Below, piece after piece: positions 38,401 through 50,000 of a DNA stretch of 64,000 nucleotides. Made by a program: the position numbers and the translations under genes. The DNA comes from Bdellovibrionales bacterium. Its GTDB lineage: Bacteria; Bdellovibrionota; Bdellovibrionia; Bdellovibrionales; UBA1609. Position 1 is the first letter of the stretch; each line of letters begins with the position of its first letter. A model generated the notes under the pieces. The model worked only from the letters and a program-made list of their open reading frames with translations, had not been told where the DNA came from and did not search any database. The stretch lies in the NCBI GenBank assembly GCA_020850475.1, contig JADZEO010000113.1:631-64630 (forward strand). The letters run 5' to 3'.

Positions 38401-40071
38401 ATGATGATGGCCGATCGATCTCCCACCCCACTGATGCTGTTGCTTCTTCTACTCCTCCTACCCTTGAGCGGGTGCACCTCGCCCACGCTGCAATCTCAAT
38501 CTGGGAGCGACGAGAAGACACCGCCCTCGTCAGCCGCCACCGCGACGGGAGCCGCCGGTGCGGGTTCCTCTGCCATCCCCGCTGAACACCTCCAGCTTTA
38601 TGTTACCCACTGTGCCAGTTGCCACGGCGAAAATCGTCTGGGTGGGATCGGGCCCGCGCTTTTGCCTGTGAGCTTGGGGCGACTGGCCCCCGAAAAGGCG
38701 AACCAAATTATCACCAACGGCAGCCCCGCGACCCAAATGCCGGCCTTTAAGGACCAACTCACGGTCGAGCAAATGAGCGCCCTCACCAAACTGATTTTTC
38801 AGCCCCCGCCTGTTGAGCCGACTTGGAATGAGAGGGAAATCCAAGCGTCGCGCCAAGTGACGAGCGGTTGGAAGGAGTGGCCCGCGCGCCCGGTTTTTAA
38901 AGCCGATCCCTTGAATATCTTTATGGTGGTTGAGTCCGGCGATCATCACATCACGGTTCTGGATGGTGATCGTTTGAAACCCCTGCTGCGGTTTCCGACC
39001 CGCTTTGCTTTGCACGGTGGAGTGAAGTACTCACCCGACGGGCGCTACGCCTACTTTGCTTCTCGCGACGGGTGGATCTCGGCCTTTGACATTTACAATC
39101 TAAAAATGGTGGCGGAAGTCCGCGTGGGTTTGAATAATCGCAATATCGCCGTTTCCGCTGATGGTCGCTATGTCGCCGCGGGCAATTACTTGCCCCACAC
39201 TTTGGTCATTCTTAAAGCACCTGAGCTCGAACCCCTTAAGGTAATCAAAGCTGAGACCGTCAAACAAGAATCCTCACGAGTGAGCGCAGTTTACACCGCT
39301 CCTCCGCGGGAAAGTTTCATCGTGGCCCTAAAGGATGTTCCCGAGCTCTGGGAGATCAGCACTCGCGACGATGCCGTTGCGCCCTACACGGGACTCGTGC
39401 ACGACTTTCGCTCTGAATCCGGTGAAGAGCTCCCCCGTGAGCGTGTGCCCTTTCCCATTCGGCGCATTCGGCTCGAAAGCCCGGTTGATGATTTCTTTTT
39501 TGACCAAAAATATGACCACTTAATTGGTTCCTCCCGCGGTGGGCAAGCGTGGGTGGTTAATCTTATCGTCGGTCGCCCGATTAAGCAGATTCCCTTGTCG
39601 GGAATGCCCCACCTCGGCGCTGGCATCTCTTGGCTCTACAAGGGTCACCGAATCATGGCAGCCCCCAATCTGCAAGAGAACAAAATCACGATTCTCGACA
39701 CCAACTCTTGGGAAATGCTCCGCGATCTCCCCACGCAAGGTCCCGGTTTTTTTCTTCGCTCGCATGAAAAGTCACCCTACGCCTGGGCAGATGTGTTTAG
39801 TGGACCCAACAAAGACTTGATGCATTTGATCGACAAACGGACACTCAAGATCGCTAAGACCCTTAAGCCCGTACCAGGAAAAGTGTCAGGTCACGTTGAG
39901 TTCGATCGCTATGGCAAATATGCGCTGTTAAGTATTTGGGAAGACCCGGGCGAATTGCTAGTTTACGATGCTCACACTCTTAAGATCGTCAAACGCCTCC
40001 CCATGCGCAAACCCTCTGGAAAATACAACGTCTTCAACAAAACCCGTCTCTCCGAGGGCACTTCGCACTGA
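38401..40071 (+). CDS. nirN: Dihydro-heme d1 dehydrogenase NirN
   Basis: Lipobox-like LSGC, CASCHGENRLGGIGPALLP, RFALHGG, MPHLGAG, GPGFFLRSHE, HVEFDRYG and PSGKYNV. Confidence 0.93.
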   Translation: MMMADRSPTPLMLLLLLLLLPLSGCTSPTLQSQSGSDEKTPPSSAATATGAAGAGSSAIPAEHLQLYVTHCASCHGENRLGGIGPALLPVSLGRLAPEKANQIITNGSPATQMPAFKDQLTVEQMSALTKLIFQPPPVEPTWNEREIQASRQVTSGWKEWPARPVFKADPLNIFMVVESGDHHITVLDGDRLKPLLRFPTRFALHGGVKYSPDGRYAYFASRDGWISAFDIYNLKMVAEVRVGLNNRNIAVSADGRYVAAGNYLPHTLVILKAPELEPLKVIKAETVKQESSRVSAVYTAPPRESFIVALKDVPELWEISTRDDAVAPYTGLVHDFRSESGEELPRERVPFPIRRIRLESPVDDFFFDQKYDHLIGSSRGGQAWVVNLIVGRPIKQIPLSGMPHLGAGISWLYKGHRIMAAPNLQENKITILDTNSWEMLRDLPTQGPGFFLRSHEKSPYAWADVFSGPNKDLMHLIDKRTLKIAKTLKPVPGKVSGHVEFDRYGKYALLSIWEDPGELLVYDAHTLKIVKRLPMRKPSGKYNVFNKTRLSEGTSH

Positions 40072-40120
40072 GCGGTTGCCTTCGAAGGCACCATCAGCAG
40101 CTAGGTCGCTGCCGAGAATA

Positions 40121-40501
40121 TTAGGAATTCATTGCGCCCGCGTTTAGGTCCAGGATGAGCTGAGTGAGCACTTGGTTAATGCGAAAGGGTTTATAAAAAA
40201 CGCCGTTCACGGACCACTCCCAAGCCTCTTCGGGGCGAATGTCTGAGGTTGTTGTCAGGTACACCGGCAGTTGGGGATAGCGACTGCGAAACTGCAGTAA
40301 GGCCTGGAGAGTTGGACCGTCCACAATGGCTGCATGGTCGATCACCACCGCGTCGGGAAGCACTTCTTCCAAGGCGGCCAGAAGTGCTGCAAGGGTTGCA
40401 AAACCCTGCACCTGGACCCCATAGGATTCAAAGGCGGCACGATAGGCTTCGTTGAGTTCGGCGATGGGCTCGACAATAAATAAATTCTTAAATTGACCCA
40501 T
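40121..40501 (-). CDS. Single-domain response regulator (receiver only)
   Basis: GGAGG RBS precedes the ATG at 40501. It has LFIVEP, the phospho-Asp in PDAVVID, a conserved Thr (YLTT) and YKP. Confidence 0.78.
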   Translation of the reverse strand: MGQFKNLFIVEPIAELNEAYRAAFESYGVQVQGFATLAALLAALEEVLPDAVVIDHAAIVDGPTLQALLQFRSRYPQLPVYLTTTSDIRPEEAWEWSVNGVFYKPFRINQVLTQLILDLNAGAMNS

Positions 40502-40609
40502 AATCGGCCTCCAATCCACACTACCATTTCAGCTCAAAATGGGGATTTCGGCGTCCAGGCCAATTTTGCCAGCCCTCATGAGAGTTCGAATTGCTTAAGG
40601 ACTCAGTAA

Positions 40610-41569
40610 ATGGAATTTGAGAAGCAATATGAAGCGTCACAGCTTTGCATTTTCAAGTGGATGATTCCTCTCATCTCGGCACTCGCCTCACTCCAGATAG
40701 GGGTGATGTGGATCTCAGAAAACTACATTTGGCCGGTTTTTTGGGCGAATCTTTACCTCCTTACGGCCCATCTCATCGCCCTGTTTTTTTGCTCTAGGGG
40801 GCAAATCCAAGTGGTGAGTTTTCTTTTTAAGTTTTCGCTCGGCTCGGCCTTTCTCACCGTTGCCACTTTCTTTCCCAATCCGCTGCTCTTGCGCTGGGTT
40901 CCTGTGGTGTTCATGGTTTTTTCGCTCTTTGCTTCTCGCCAGTCTTTTTTTGCCTACGGGCTGGTCGGCTCTTTGGCGGTCAATCTCGGATTGATTTTAA
41001 CTCGACTCCTGCATGGCACGCCGTGGACAGACCTTGGCCTGCAACGGGAAGTTGAAGTCGCCGCCGCGTTTCTTGGCCCCTGGGTGGCGTTTGCCTTTGG
41101 CTCGATCATTGTTTGGCAGCGAGAGGCTCTGATTCAGGCTCTCGCCAACAAAATGATTACAGCTAAATATGAGTACTCGACTTTGTCAGCCGAGCAGATC
41201 ACGCAAATTGCGACGAATGCCATCAGTTTTTTTGAAAGCTCCAAGGATTATCTGGACCCCAATTTTAAATTGAGCCGCCTCGCCCAAGCCCTGGCGATTC
41301 CGAAACATCACTTAAGCCAAGTGCTGAGTCTCGGACTGCAACGCAGTTTTTATGATTTGCTCAATCAGTATCGTATTAAGGAAGTCGTCAAACGCCTTAA
41401 TGATCAAAGCTTCGACCACCAAACAATAATTGAGATTGCTTACGGCGTGGGTTTTAATTCCAAATCAACCTTTAATGCCGCTTTTAAGAAGCACATGGGG
41501 ACGACCCCTTCGGCCTATCGCGAGGGACTCCCCCGAAGTGCGGGATCCCAGGCTTATCCATCGATGTAA
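40610..41569 (+). CDS. Membrane-anchored AraC-family transcriptional regulator
   Basis: About six N-terminal TMs, then YLDPNFKLSRLAQALAIPKHHLSQ...FYDLLNQYRI...IAYGVGFNSKSTFNAAFKKHMGTTPSAYR. Confidence 0.9.
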   Translation: MEFEKQYEASQLCIFKWMIPLISALASLQIGVMWISENYIWPVFWANLYLLTAHLIALFFCSRGQIQVVSFLFKFSLGSAFLTVATFFPNPLLLRWVPVVFMVFSLFASRQSFFAYGLVGSLAVNLGLILTRLLHGTPWTDLGLQREVEVAAAFLGPWVAFAFGSIIVWQREALIQALANKMITAKYEYSTLSAEQITQIATNAISFFESSKDYLDPNFKLSRLAQALAIPKHHLSQVLSLGLQRSFYDLLNQYRIKEVVKRLNDQSFDHQTIIEIAYGVGFNSKSTFNAAFKKHMGTTPSAYREGLPRSAGSQAYPSM

Positions 41570-41578
41570 GGCGAACAA

Positions 41579-42523
41579 CTACTTTCTGTTCTCTAGCGAC
41601 TTTCTGAGAATCTGAAACTTCCCATCCCCATCTTCGCAATACATCGAGTGAATCTTGCCTTTGAATTGTCGAATCTGGTCGACTTCGCGTTTCACTTCTT
41701 CGGCACTTCCATTGTTCGGATTCAGACAACTCGCCGATAGAGCATACACCAAATGATTCTTGCGCCCTGGTACCACCATCGTCGTCGAAGTCCGGCTGGA
41801 ATATGCGTTGTCCGCATAGCCACAAGAGGCTTTCCCTTGCACCTCAGTTAGCAAAATCGTGCCGTCGTCCATTCGACTCGAAGAATTGTATGCCATGCTT
41901 ACTCTCTCACCGGTCAACGGCGAGGTCATAATCTGTACGGTCCAAAAGGGATTTCCATTGGCCGGATCACTCGCGCCCGTCACCGCCCAGTTGGCCAAAT
42001 ATTCGAGCCGTTCTTGCTCTTGTCGTGTCGTCGGCACTGGACTTTGAACACAATTACTAGGATTCACAAGGCGCGCGGCAAAGTCGGCGAACATGGTGTT
42101 ATCGTGAGGCAACATATCAGAGATTGTACTGCGCCGAGCGGCCTCCTCGGCACTGATGCCGTCGGTGAGAATCATCCAGCGGCGCAATATGCAAAACTCG
42201 GCTTGCCCGTTACCCTTTGGCACATCTTTAAACTCGTGGATGCAAAGTGGACCAATTTCAGTGGGCACCCGCGCTGATTTCATTTGCCGAGTGGAATTCC
42301 AATAGGCCAGTCGAACACCAGCTAACTCTTCGGCAAAAAAATCTGGGGCTAAGGCCGGACGTAGGTTTTTTGCCCCCAAAGACTTTTCAATTGATTTCAT
42401 GAAAGGCTCAAGGTGAGTTCCGCCTTCTGCCGCATGGCCGGTCGGGCCCGTTACCAACAGCGCCGTGACCAGCGCCAATCCGCAGGAAATCCCCCAAGAA
42501 CTCGATTTAGATAAATAATTCAT
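41579..42523 (-). CDS. Secreted hypothetical protein (6 Cys in mature chain)
   Basis: GGAG RBS and a signal peptide ending GHA-A; no motif recognised. Confidence 0.6.
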   Translation of the reverse strand: MNYLSKSSSWGISCGLALVTALLVTGPTGHAAEGGTHLEPFMKSIEKSLGAKNLRPALAPDFFAEELAGVRLAYWNSTRQMKSARVPTEIGPLCIHEFKDVPKGNGQAEFCILRRWMILTDGISAEEAARRSTISDMLPHDNTMFADFAARLVNPSNCVQSPVPTTRQEQERLEYLANWAVTGASDPANGNPFWTVQIMTSPLTGERVSMAYNSSSRMDDGTILLTEVQGKASCGYADNAYSSRTSTTMVVPGRKNHLVYALSASCLNPNNGSAEEVKREVDQIRQFKGKIHSMYCEDGDGKFQILRKSLENRK

Positions 42524-42699
42524 ACCACGCTCCTCCAGTGCCCCTTACAACGAACGAACAATTCTACCCAAAAGCGTAGAGTTGCAGCGCCCATGCCGAG
42601 GCCCATTCACACTACTAACGACCTCCTCCCTTATCGTGTGAAGTATTGTGAAGCTCAGTGCCACTCTAAGGCACAATTCGGTACTCGCAAAGGGGACTT

Positions 42700-42734
42700 A
42701 AAAATTATTCCTGTTCATAGGGGTGACAGGAAAT
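42700..42734 (-). terminator. Possible intrinsic terminator of the four-gene envelope operon
   Basis: On the minus strand, TTCCTGT-N11-ACAGGAA is followed by TAATTTTT, about 30 nt after the stop at 42766. Confidence 0.4.
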
Positions 42735-42765
42735 CTTTCCACAGAGTCATCGCCCGCGGGCTCGC

Positions 42766-45700
42766 CTACTGGGCGGGGGTGGGGGCGAAGGCGGGGCAGG
42801 AAGAATTCTGCAGGTAGCAGGACTCCGTGCGCCGGTGAAATCGTTTTAGCGACACTTCAAAGTCGGCCAAAATGTTAGGCGTGAGCCAAGGATCGGAGAT
42901 CGATTCCCGCACACTGATGTCGATGCGTGGCTGGTCTTCGGCGGGTAACTTTCGATACTCGTCAAAACGACGCTGCAAAGCCGCTTTAAACACGCCCAGG
43001 GACTGTTGCTCCCACTGAATCCAAGCCGTAATGTTGCGATCCAAACCGCGATCCAAGTCTGCATTAAATGGGATCAAGAGCTTTCCGCGGATGGCGTTGG
43101 ATCTCGAGGTGTAATACTCCTCGCCTAAATTAATAAAGCCATCGCGCTTGGGCATTACCGCCCTGGCCATGCCCACGGCGGCAGGATCAATGAGCTCAGG
43201 ATCGCGCAGGTGTTTCATGAGGTCGTAGGTGTAGCCTAACAGCGGTTCAGTCATGAGTCGCGCGGGCAAATCAAACAATCCCCATGTATCGCGAATCCGA
43301 TGGCGGATGAGACTGTAAGACACAAAGCGATTCATAAAATAAAGTGGCTCAAACTTTTCCTTCATCCGCACCTGTCCAAAGAGCATGCGTTCGACCGGGC
43401 TAATTCGCATTATTTTCATTAAGTCGAATTGTTCGTCGATCAGCTCTTCGGCCTTAATGGCAAATCGTTGATCGATAATGCCAGGCTCAAGGCGAAACAA
43501 ACTGGTCAAGCTCACCTGTCGAGCTTCCCAACGAATCACGCGTCCCGTGGGATAAGAAAACCAAACCAAGTAAGGGTCTTTGCCTGCAAACAGCAGCTTC
43601 ATTGCCTCAGCGACAAACTCATCTTCGGTCTTGGTATAGGGTATTGAATGACCCCGCGACTCTTTAATGACCCCAACGTCCAGATCCAGCGAATCGCCCA
43701 TTTCGACCCGAACATGCGGCGCAATGGGCGCAACTTGACCCGCTTCAGTCGTTAGGCCTACACCGAGGTAGCGGGCCATGCGAATCCACAAGTCAATTTG
43801 GTTATATCGATAACCGTCGCCATCGATTTGGTCATGCCCCGCAAAGTTGTCAGGCAAGCCCTTTAAGACATACTTCTCCTTGATCGCCGCTACTTCTTCG
43901 GGCTTGAGATTCCCCTGGCGAAGTTTCGTCATATCACGGTAGACCTGCCGGAGATAAGCTTGCTCCGTCTCCACCATCTTTTGCTGAACTTCGTAGTCCC
44001 GGAGCATCGATTTGGCAAAACAACGACCGATTTCTTGATGGCGAGTCAAGGCCTCTTCGACATAAGACTTACGCAACTGGCGGATTTCCTGAAGAAGGTC
44101 GTCGGTCTTAGTCGTCTTCTTCGCGATGTCAGCGTCGTTCAGTTGGTGAGCGCGCTTCAGGTAACTCACGTAGGAGGTCTTCATCGCCTCGGCCATTCGC
44201 ACAAACTGAGCCATGTCCACACGAACTTTTTCCACCGACTCAGCAAACTCACCATCAATGTAATTCAAACCCTGAGTCATTTCGGTGAGCCCGCCCGGAC
44301 TGGAGGCCGAGCGGCTACTCAGGTCTGAAATGTTCGTAAAAGCCGTTTCAATCGTCGCCCCATAATAGGGTGACTGCCGGACTTCACGCAGGTAGTAGCT
44401 CCACACTTCGGGTCGGTGGCCGTTGAATTCAGAGCACATCCGTTTCCATGTCTGGTAAATGGGGCTTTGGTTAAAACGCAAGGTCCGCTGGTGCATGTTA
44501 TCGCGAATGAATTTAACTTGATTTTCGCTCATCCGGCGAACGGCGTCGGCAATAAAAAAGTCCGGGTCGATGCCCATCACTCCGAAAAGGTTGGTGCGCA
44601 CGGCAAAGTCAAAGGCATAAAAGAGTTCGATCACATTCAAGGGAACTTCGTCGTCCGAGTACTGAAACAATGGCGGAATTTCTCCCCGGTACAGGAGAGT
44701 CATCAAGAGGGCCGAATCAAAGGCTCGGCTCGAAAAAGGAAAACGCATTTCAAACTTTTTTTGCGACAGAATATGAAACAAAATCATCATGTGAGGATAA
44801 ACGGCCGAGTACTTCACCGTCTTTTCCAAGTTATTGAAGGCTGAACGGACTTCTTTCGTCATTTCGTCATCGCCCACGGGAGTGCGCAGGGCCAGAACCG
44901 CAAACTTCTGCAATGGTTCAAAGCGGGAGCGCAACTCACCCCACACTTGCTTAACCACCGCACTTTTGCGCAAGGCATGCCACAACAATCCATCAGTTGC
45001 GACATTGGACTCAAACAGCTCGTCCTTGGCCAATTGGGTCGAGCGAAACAGAGCGAAGATAAACTGAATTCGTGCGTAGTCCATAATCATCGCCTTCAGT
45101 CGCTCTCGCTCCCGTCGGGTGCCAAAAAAGATCTGAGCCCCTTGATCCGCGGTTAGCTCACCATAAAAAACCCGATCAACTAAAAAGAAATACTCATCAC
45201 GGCCATCGACGTACTTCACTCCGACGGCTTGCGGATAAAAAAGTTTTTGTTCGCGCAGCCGTCGCTGGCGATCAGAAAAACTCCCGGCCACCGTCTGAGA
45301 ATCGGTGATCATCCGGGCCACCTGAGGATTGATGGCTCCCTGGGGATCGTAGATCAAGTGGGTCTTGGCCATCATCGCAAACAGCGCGTTACGGGAACTC
45401 TCACTCAGTTTGTCGCCTTCCCCAAAAATAAAGGTCCACGCTTTCAGCTGCTCGAGGAACTTTCGCTCTTCTGCGGCTGGCAGGTCTGCCTTCTTCAAAC
45501 TCAAAATGACGGTTTCCACCACTGACGACAAGAGCGCCTTGGCCTCGGGAGTTTGGGCCTGTTTTTTTCCTTCTTCGAATCGCAGAACGAACATTTCAAG
45601 TAATTCACGATCAAAGGCTTCATTTTTTAAGTGCAAAACAAAATAGAGGCGTCGATAGAATTCGGCCGCGGCAGGCGCATTCTTGGCCGCCAATTTCATA

Positions 45701-46167
45701 ATCTGCGCCGAACTCGGAACCAGTCCAAAATAGGCCAGCCCCGGACAGCTGTCCGCTATCTTCTCGCAGTCCAGACTCACGGCGCGGACATACCTTTCAA
45801 GGTAGGGCAAAGTTGCTTTGGCGCGCTCGCCACCCTGCTGCCACTCACGCTGCAAAGCTTGGTTAAAAACGGTCAATTCCTCGCGCACGGTCCGCACGGT
45901 CAAAGATTCCTGGGCCCGCACTCGGGCGGGACTTAAAACAATTTCTGATAGGGGACGCAAAATCTCGCGCTCCGGTTGAGTCGACTGGGAGGCTTGTTGC
46001 TGAAGGGCGCGAACCTCAGGTGTCACCACCTCGGTGAGGTCGGGACGAGTCGCGGAGTCCTGGACCGTCGGCCGCTGGTCGGCGGCATGCTGGTGAATGG
46101 GCTTACCCTTTTCCGTGCAGGAGAAGAGTGAGGCCGCAATCATAAAAATTCCCGCTATCCGTCGCAT
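42766..46167 (-). CDS. Very large alpha-helical lipoprotein (1133 aa), paralog of 47077-50682
   Basis: Lipobox SLFSC; shares motifs with the 1201-aa protein; no known domain recognised. Confidence 0.75.
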   Translation of the reverse strand: MRRIAGIFMIAASLFSCTEKGKPIHQHAADQRPTVQDSATRPDLTEVVTPEVRALQQQASQSTQPEREILRPLSEIVLSPARVRAQESLTVRTVREELTVFNQALQREWQQGGERAKATLPYLERYVRAVSLDCEKIADSCPGLAYFGLVPSSAQIMKLAAKNAPAAAEFYRRLYFVLHLKNEAFDRELLEMFVLRFEEGKKQAQTPEAKALLSSVVETVILSLKKADLPAAEERKFLEQLKAWTFIFGEGDKLSESSRNALFAMMAKTHLIYDPQGAINPQVARMITDSQTVAGSFSDRQRRLREQKLFYPQAVGVKYVDGRDEYFFLVDRVFYGELTADQGAQIFFGTRRERERLKAMIMDYARIQFIFALFRSTQLAKDELFESNVATDGLLWHALRKSAVVKQVWGELRSRFEPLQKFAVLALRTPVGDDEMTKEVRSAFNNLEKTVKYSAVYPHMMILFHILSQKKFEMRFPFSSRAFDSALLMTLLYRGEIPPLFQYSDDEVPLNVIELFYAFDFAVRTNLFGVMGIDPDFFIADAVRRMSENQVKFIRDNMHQRTLRFNQSPIYQTWKRMCSEFNGHRPEVWSYYLREVRQSPYYGATIETAFTNISDLSSRSASSPGGLTEMTQGLNYIDGEFAESVEKVRVDMAQFVRMAEAMKTSYVSYLKRAHQLNDADIAKKTTKTDDLLQEIRQLRKSYVEEALTRHQEIGRCFAKSMLRDYEVQQKMVETEQAYLRQVYRDMTKLRQGNLKPEEVAAIKEKYVLKGLPDNFAGHDQIDGDGYRYNQIDLWIRMARYLGVGLTTEAGQVAPIAPHVRVEMGDSLDLDVGVIKESRGHSIPYTKTEDEFVAEAMKLLFAGKDPYLVWFSYPTGRVIRWEARQVSLTSLFRLEPGIIDQRFAIKAEELIDEQFDLMKIMRISPVERMLFGQVRMKEKFEPLYFMNRFVSYSLIRHRIRDTWGLFDLPARLMTEPLLGYTYDLMKHLRDPELIDPAAVGMARAVMPKRDGFINLGEEYYTSRSNAIRGKLLIPFNADLDRGLDRNITAWIQWEQQSLGVFKAALQRRFDEYRKLPAEDQPRIDISVRESISDPWLTPNILADFEVSLKRFHRRTESCYLQNSSCPAFAPTPAQ

Positions 46168-46176
46168 TTCACTTCC

Positions 46177-47055
46177 TCAAAAAGTATAAGATGCTGTTAA
46201 GCGCACCAATCGCCGATACTGATCAAGATACCAGAAGTCGACGATGCCTTCGTCTGTAAAGCCGCCATTTTCATAGGTCAATGCCGCTGACCAATCACCC
46301 CAGCTGTAGGAAACTCCGTACTTGTTAAGATGAGAGTATCCGACATAGTCATCCAAATAGCGGGTGGCCTTAATCACAAAGGTGTAGGCCAAGCGCAGCT
46401 CTTTGTAGAACTTAAAGGTGTTACTAAACGCATAGGTGTAAAAGTAATTCGGGTTCGCCGTTTTGTCGGCACTGTACTCAAAGGTATTTAACATCCCGGA
46501 AACCGAAATCATGTGACCCATCATGTAACCGATGTTCGAAAAAGCCAATCCCACCCCGGTTCCTGCACTCAAAATTCCTTTGTAGCCCTCGCGCCGACTG
46601 GCTTCGTCCAGCAGCGCCTCACCGCCGGCAAAGGCTTTCCACGAACTCATTCCCCAAAACATCTGTTTGTAAGTCACCGTGGCCCCAAGGCTGGGGCTCA
46701 GGGTCTCATCATAGGATTGTTTTTGATCCTTATAGATTTGGCCACCGACGGTATTGGCCCCAACCGAAAGACTTCCTGAGACATTCCATTCGGGAGTCAA
46801 TTCGTAAGACAATCCTCCGCTCACCGCGTGAGTGTAGGCGCGGGGCGTGCGGTTGTCTGCATAGTCGGTGGACACTCCATAGCTCACAGTGGCCGAGAGA
46901 GGATTTTCCTCCTCGCCCTTCTTCACGCGAGTGGAATGAGGGGGCTTAAGCTCCGGAGGTCGGGCCAAAGCCCCGACCGGCACCAAAAGCGCCGCCAGCA
47001 AAAGGGCAGCACCCCTTCGCGGTGAGATCAGCTTGTTAAATCCACGTCTCTTCAC
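46177..47055 (-). CDS. Outer-membrane beta-barrel protein
   Basis: Signal peptide, Tyr/Ser/Gly-rich alternating strands and a C-terminal BAM-type signature VRLTASYTF. Confidence 0.7.
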   Translation of the reverse strand: MKRRGFNKLISPRRGAALLLAALLVPVGALARPPELKPPHSTRVKKGEEENPLSATVSYGVSTDYADNRTPRAYTHAVSGGLSYELTPEWNVSGSLSVGANTVGGQIYKDQKQSYDETLSPSLGATVTYKQMFWGMSSWKAFAGGEALLDEASRREGYKGILSAGTGVGLAFSNIGYMMGHMISVSGMLNTFEYSADKTANPNYFYTYAFSNTFKFYKELRLAYTFVIKATRYLDDYVGYSHLNKYGVSYSWGDWSAALTYENGGFTDEGIVDFWYLDQYRRLVRLTASYTF

Positions 47056-47076
47056 AATTGCGCCTTATTCACTTTC

Positions 47077-50000
47077 TCATCGTCCACTTGGAGGGCGAGT
47101 GCCGTAGAAGTTGCCTGTGCGTTGAACAAAATTATCCCAGCGGATGCGCAAATCTTCGATGGTTTGCCGGTCGACCATAGGAGGAACACCCGATTCCAGC
47201 CAGTACACCGGTTGTCCATCTTGTAGATAAAATGGCAATTTCAATCGAGGGCTCAAATCTTCAACGCGCTTGGTGCCGTCTTCGGCTTCTTTCATCGTCA
47301 CAAACAACTGGTTGATGCGGTTCAAAACGCGGTGAGCACGACTCCCATAACGCTGCCGAATTGCTTCTTTCACTTCAGGCCAAGGTTCAAACAGGAACAC
47401 ACCAAGATTGTTAATAGTCTGGGCGAACTCCAAGGCTTCCTGCATCGGGCCGGCCTGATCCAGTTTGATCTTAGCATCGGACACCGTGCTCTTCATCAAA
47501 CTGAAGAACAAGGGCTGCCGGGTGTAGGAGTCCTTCTCAAACAGAAGTTCTTCGAAGTAGGCCTTGCCCTTTTTACCATCGACTCCAAACTCGCGGGCGT
47601 TCTGGACGTCAAATTCATCTAAGGACAAGCTCGCCACGGCCCGAATGTAGGCGTCAATTAAGTCTCGAGCCGAAACTTCTAAAACCTCTGATTCACAAGG
47701 TTGAGTCCGGCAGTCCTCTTTGGGAACGCGCACCGGGCCCATCAAAAAGTACTCGCGCAAGGTGGCCAGATAGGCGGATAGGTCGGTTTCGGAGGTCACT
47801 TGCCCGTGCCACTGGACAAAGGAGTTGGTCTTGCCATTGAGCAAGGTCATGCCTTGTTTGATGAACTCCTCTTTGCTGTCACGGAGGTAGACTTCGGCAT
47901 CCTGCGCGGTTTCCACGATGGGATCGCGCTCCAATCCCGGAGGCGAAAACACACTGACGCGACGTTGCCGTTGCAAGCGCGCGAGATCTTGCCCATACAC
48001 GGTCTTTTCGCGGTCTGTCGGCTGCATAAAGATGTCCGCCTCAACCCGTGCCTTCATCCGCATCAAGAGGTCAAACTTCGACATTCGATAAGTGCGTCCA
48101 TCTAAACGGTCAAAGCGATAGCCACTGCCCTCTTTGCGAAAGTAGCCCGTATTGATCTCGTTGACCTTCTGGCCTAAGGCCGCCTCATCTTGAATCTTAC
48201 TGAGGGGCTCCATCAAATCATAGATCTTGCCAAGATGTGCGCGTTCTTCTTCGTAGAGGCGATTCATGCGTCGCTGCTCAATTTCCTTAAGATCCATCAA
48301 GCAATCGAAGTACCGCTTGTGGTGGCGAATGTAGAGCTTGGCCAGCGACCGTTTGAGATCCTCAAGAGTGCCCAAGTGAGCCCGGACCGTTTTGAGGTCG
48401 GGGTGAGCATCGCCTTTGGCCTTAATCTGGCCGGTGCGCAAGAGGTCCGCCTCGATGATATCGACCATCGCATGCACATAAGTGATGCGATCGTCGATCT
48501 CATTGCGAATCATCTCTGCCGCGGTTGAGGATTGCCCCAACAAATTACCCAACTCTAAGTTGACGCTATTGGCGCCCGCACCACTATAGGTGTAGCGATC
48601 AAGCTCTAAGAGACTAATTTGCACCTTTGGCGGCAAACCGGCGCCGGGACGGAAGGTTTCATAAGCGCACAAGGTATCCACGTTGGCAAATCCCGGATGG
48701 CCAATGGTCGCACGTTCATACTCCAGGATCTTGTCTCCCAATTGACGAATGTTTTCGTCCAAATACTTGGTGAAGATCAGGTCAAAGAATTTACTTCGGT
48801 TGGTTCCTTCGCCCTTGTCATCTTTGGCGACGAAGGTTTGTAGCGTATTGGTGCTCAACATGTAGTGGAGAGCATAAAGGATCATTTCTCGACTCAGTAA
48901 GACCGGATCATTACCAAAGCGAAACCATACGCTCTGAATTCCACCGTCAAAAAAGACATCTAAAATAGTATCCGCGGGAATTTCAAAGGCCGCTCCCCAC
49001 CAAGTGCGGACGGTAATCTTGCCCTTCATTTTGGCCAAATAGTACGTCATCACCATCATGTTTGGGTAAACCGAGAGATAGTGGACGTTACGATTGACTG
49101 ACTTTAAGAGCCGCGTGGTCTCGTTGTACTCTTCTGACAAGAGGTTGCGCCCCTTAAAGTAACTACCTAAGAACTTATCGAGCATCTCGATGCGGTTTTG
49201 AATCTTGAGCCAACGCCCAGAGATATCGCGCGACTTGAGGATGGCCTCTTGAAAGATCTCGTCACTGCCAATCGAATCGGAGTGATAGATCGAACTCATA
49301 AAGCGATTGGTCTCAACAATCATGTAGGCCAAATACACCTTGACGTAGGTCTGGATAATCGCCGGCAACTGTTTGAGAGCGCGCTCTTGGTTGGTGTTGT
49401 CGAGAACCATTTTAACTTCAGAAGATTCCAGATGCTCGCGGAACAATCGATCAATAATAAAGAAGTACTCGTTAAAAAACTCAGGATTGCCGCCGTTTTT
49501 GCGACGGCCCTCGTCTTGCTCGAGCTTCTTAAGAACGTCTTCAATTCGCAGATTCTTAAACACCTGCTCATTGCCGTCCTTTTTGATGTCGCGGATAATT
49601 TGACTAAACGAGAGACCAAAATCATCACCCTTTTCCTGAGCCTCAGCGATGGCAACTTTAACCGAGTCGTTGAGCTTGGTGCGTGCCGCGTCTTCATAGA
49701 GGCAACACTGAGCTGCCATCTCGAACATAATCCGTGTTCCATAGCGAAAGAGATCCGCCTGTTTGTTGGAGTAAACCCAAGGATTAAAATTTTCGACAAA
49801 GGCCCTAAACTCAGGATCCGAAAAACTCTTGGGCTTGTACTGCGCAATCAGGGTCTCAAAAATACCCCCATGCACCTCGCTCAGGTAACCCGTCATCAGG
49901 CTGGTGGGCTCCGCCCGTCCCCGTCCGCCCGCTTGGGGCTGACGTCGCCAATAATCCATCAAAAACGCATAGAGCCGAGAATATTTTAAATACGCAAAGG

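Noticed and set aside
49198-49989. 263-aa antisense ORF inside the 1201-aa lipoprotein gene
   Set aside because: No SD or recognisable motif; consistent with antisense codon bias.
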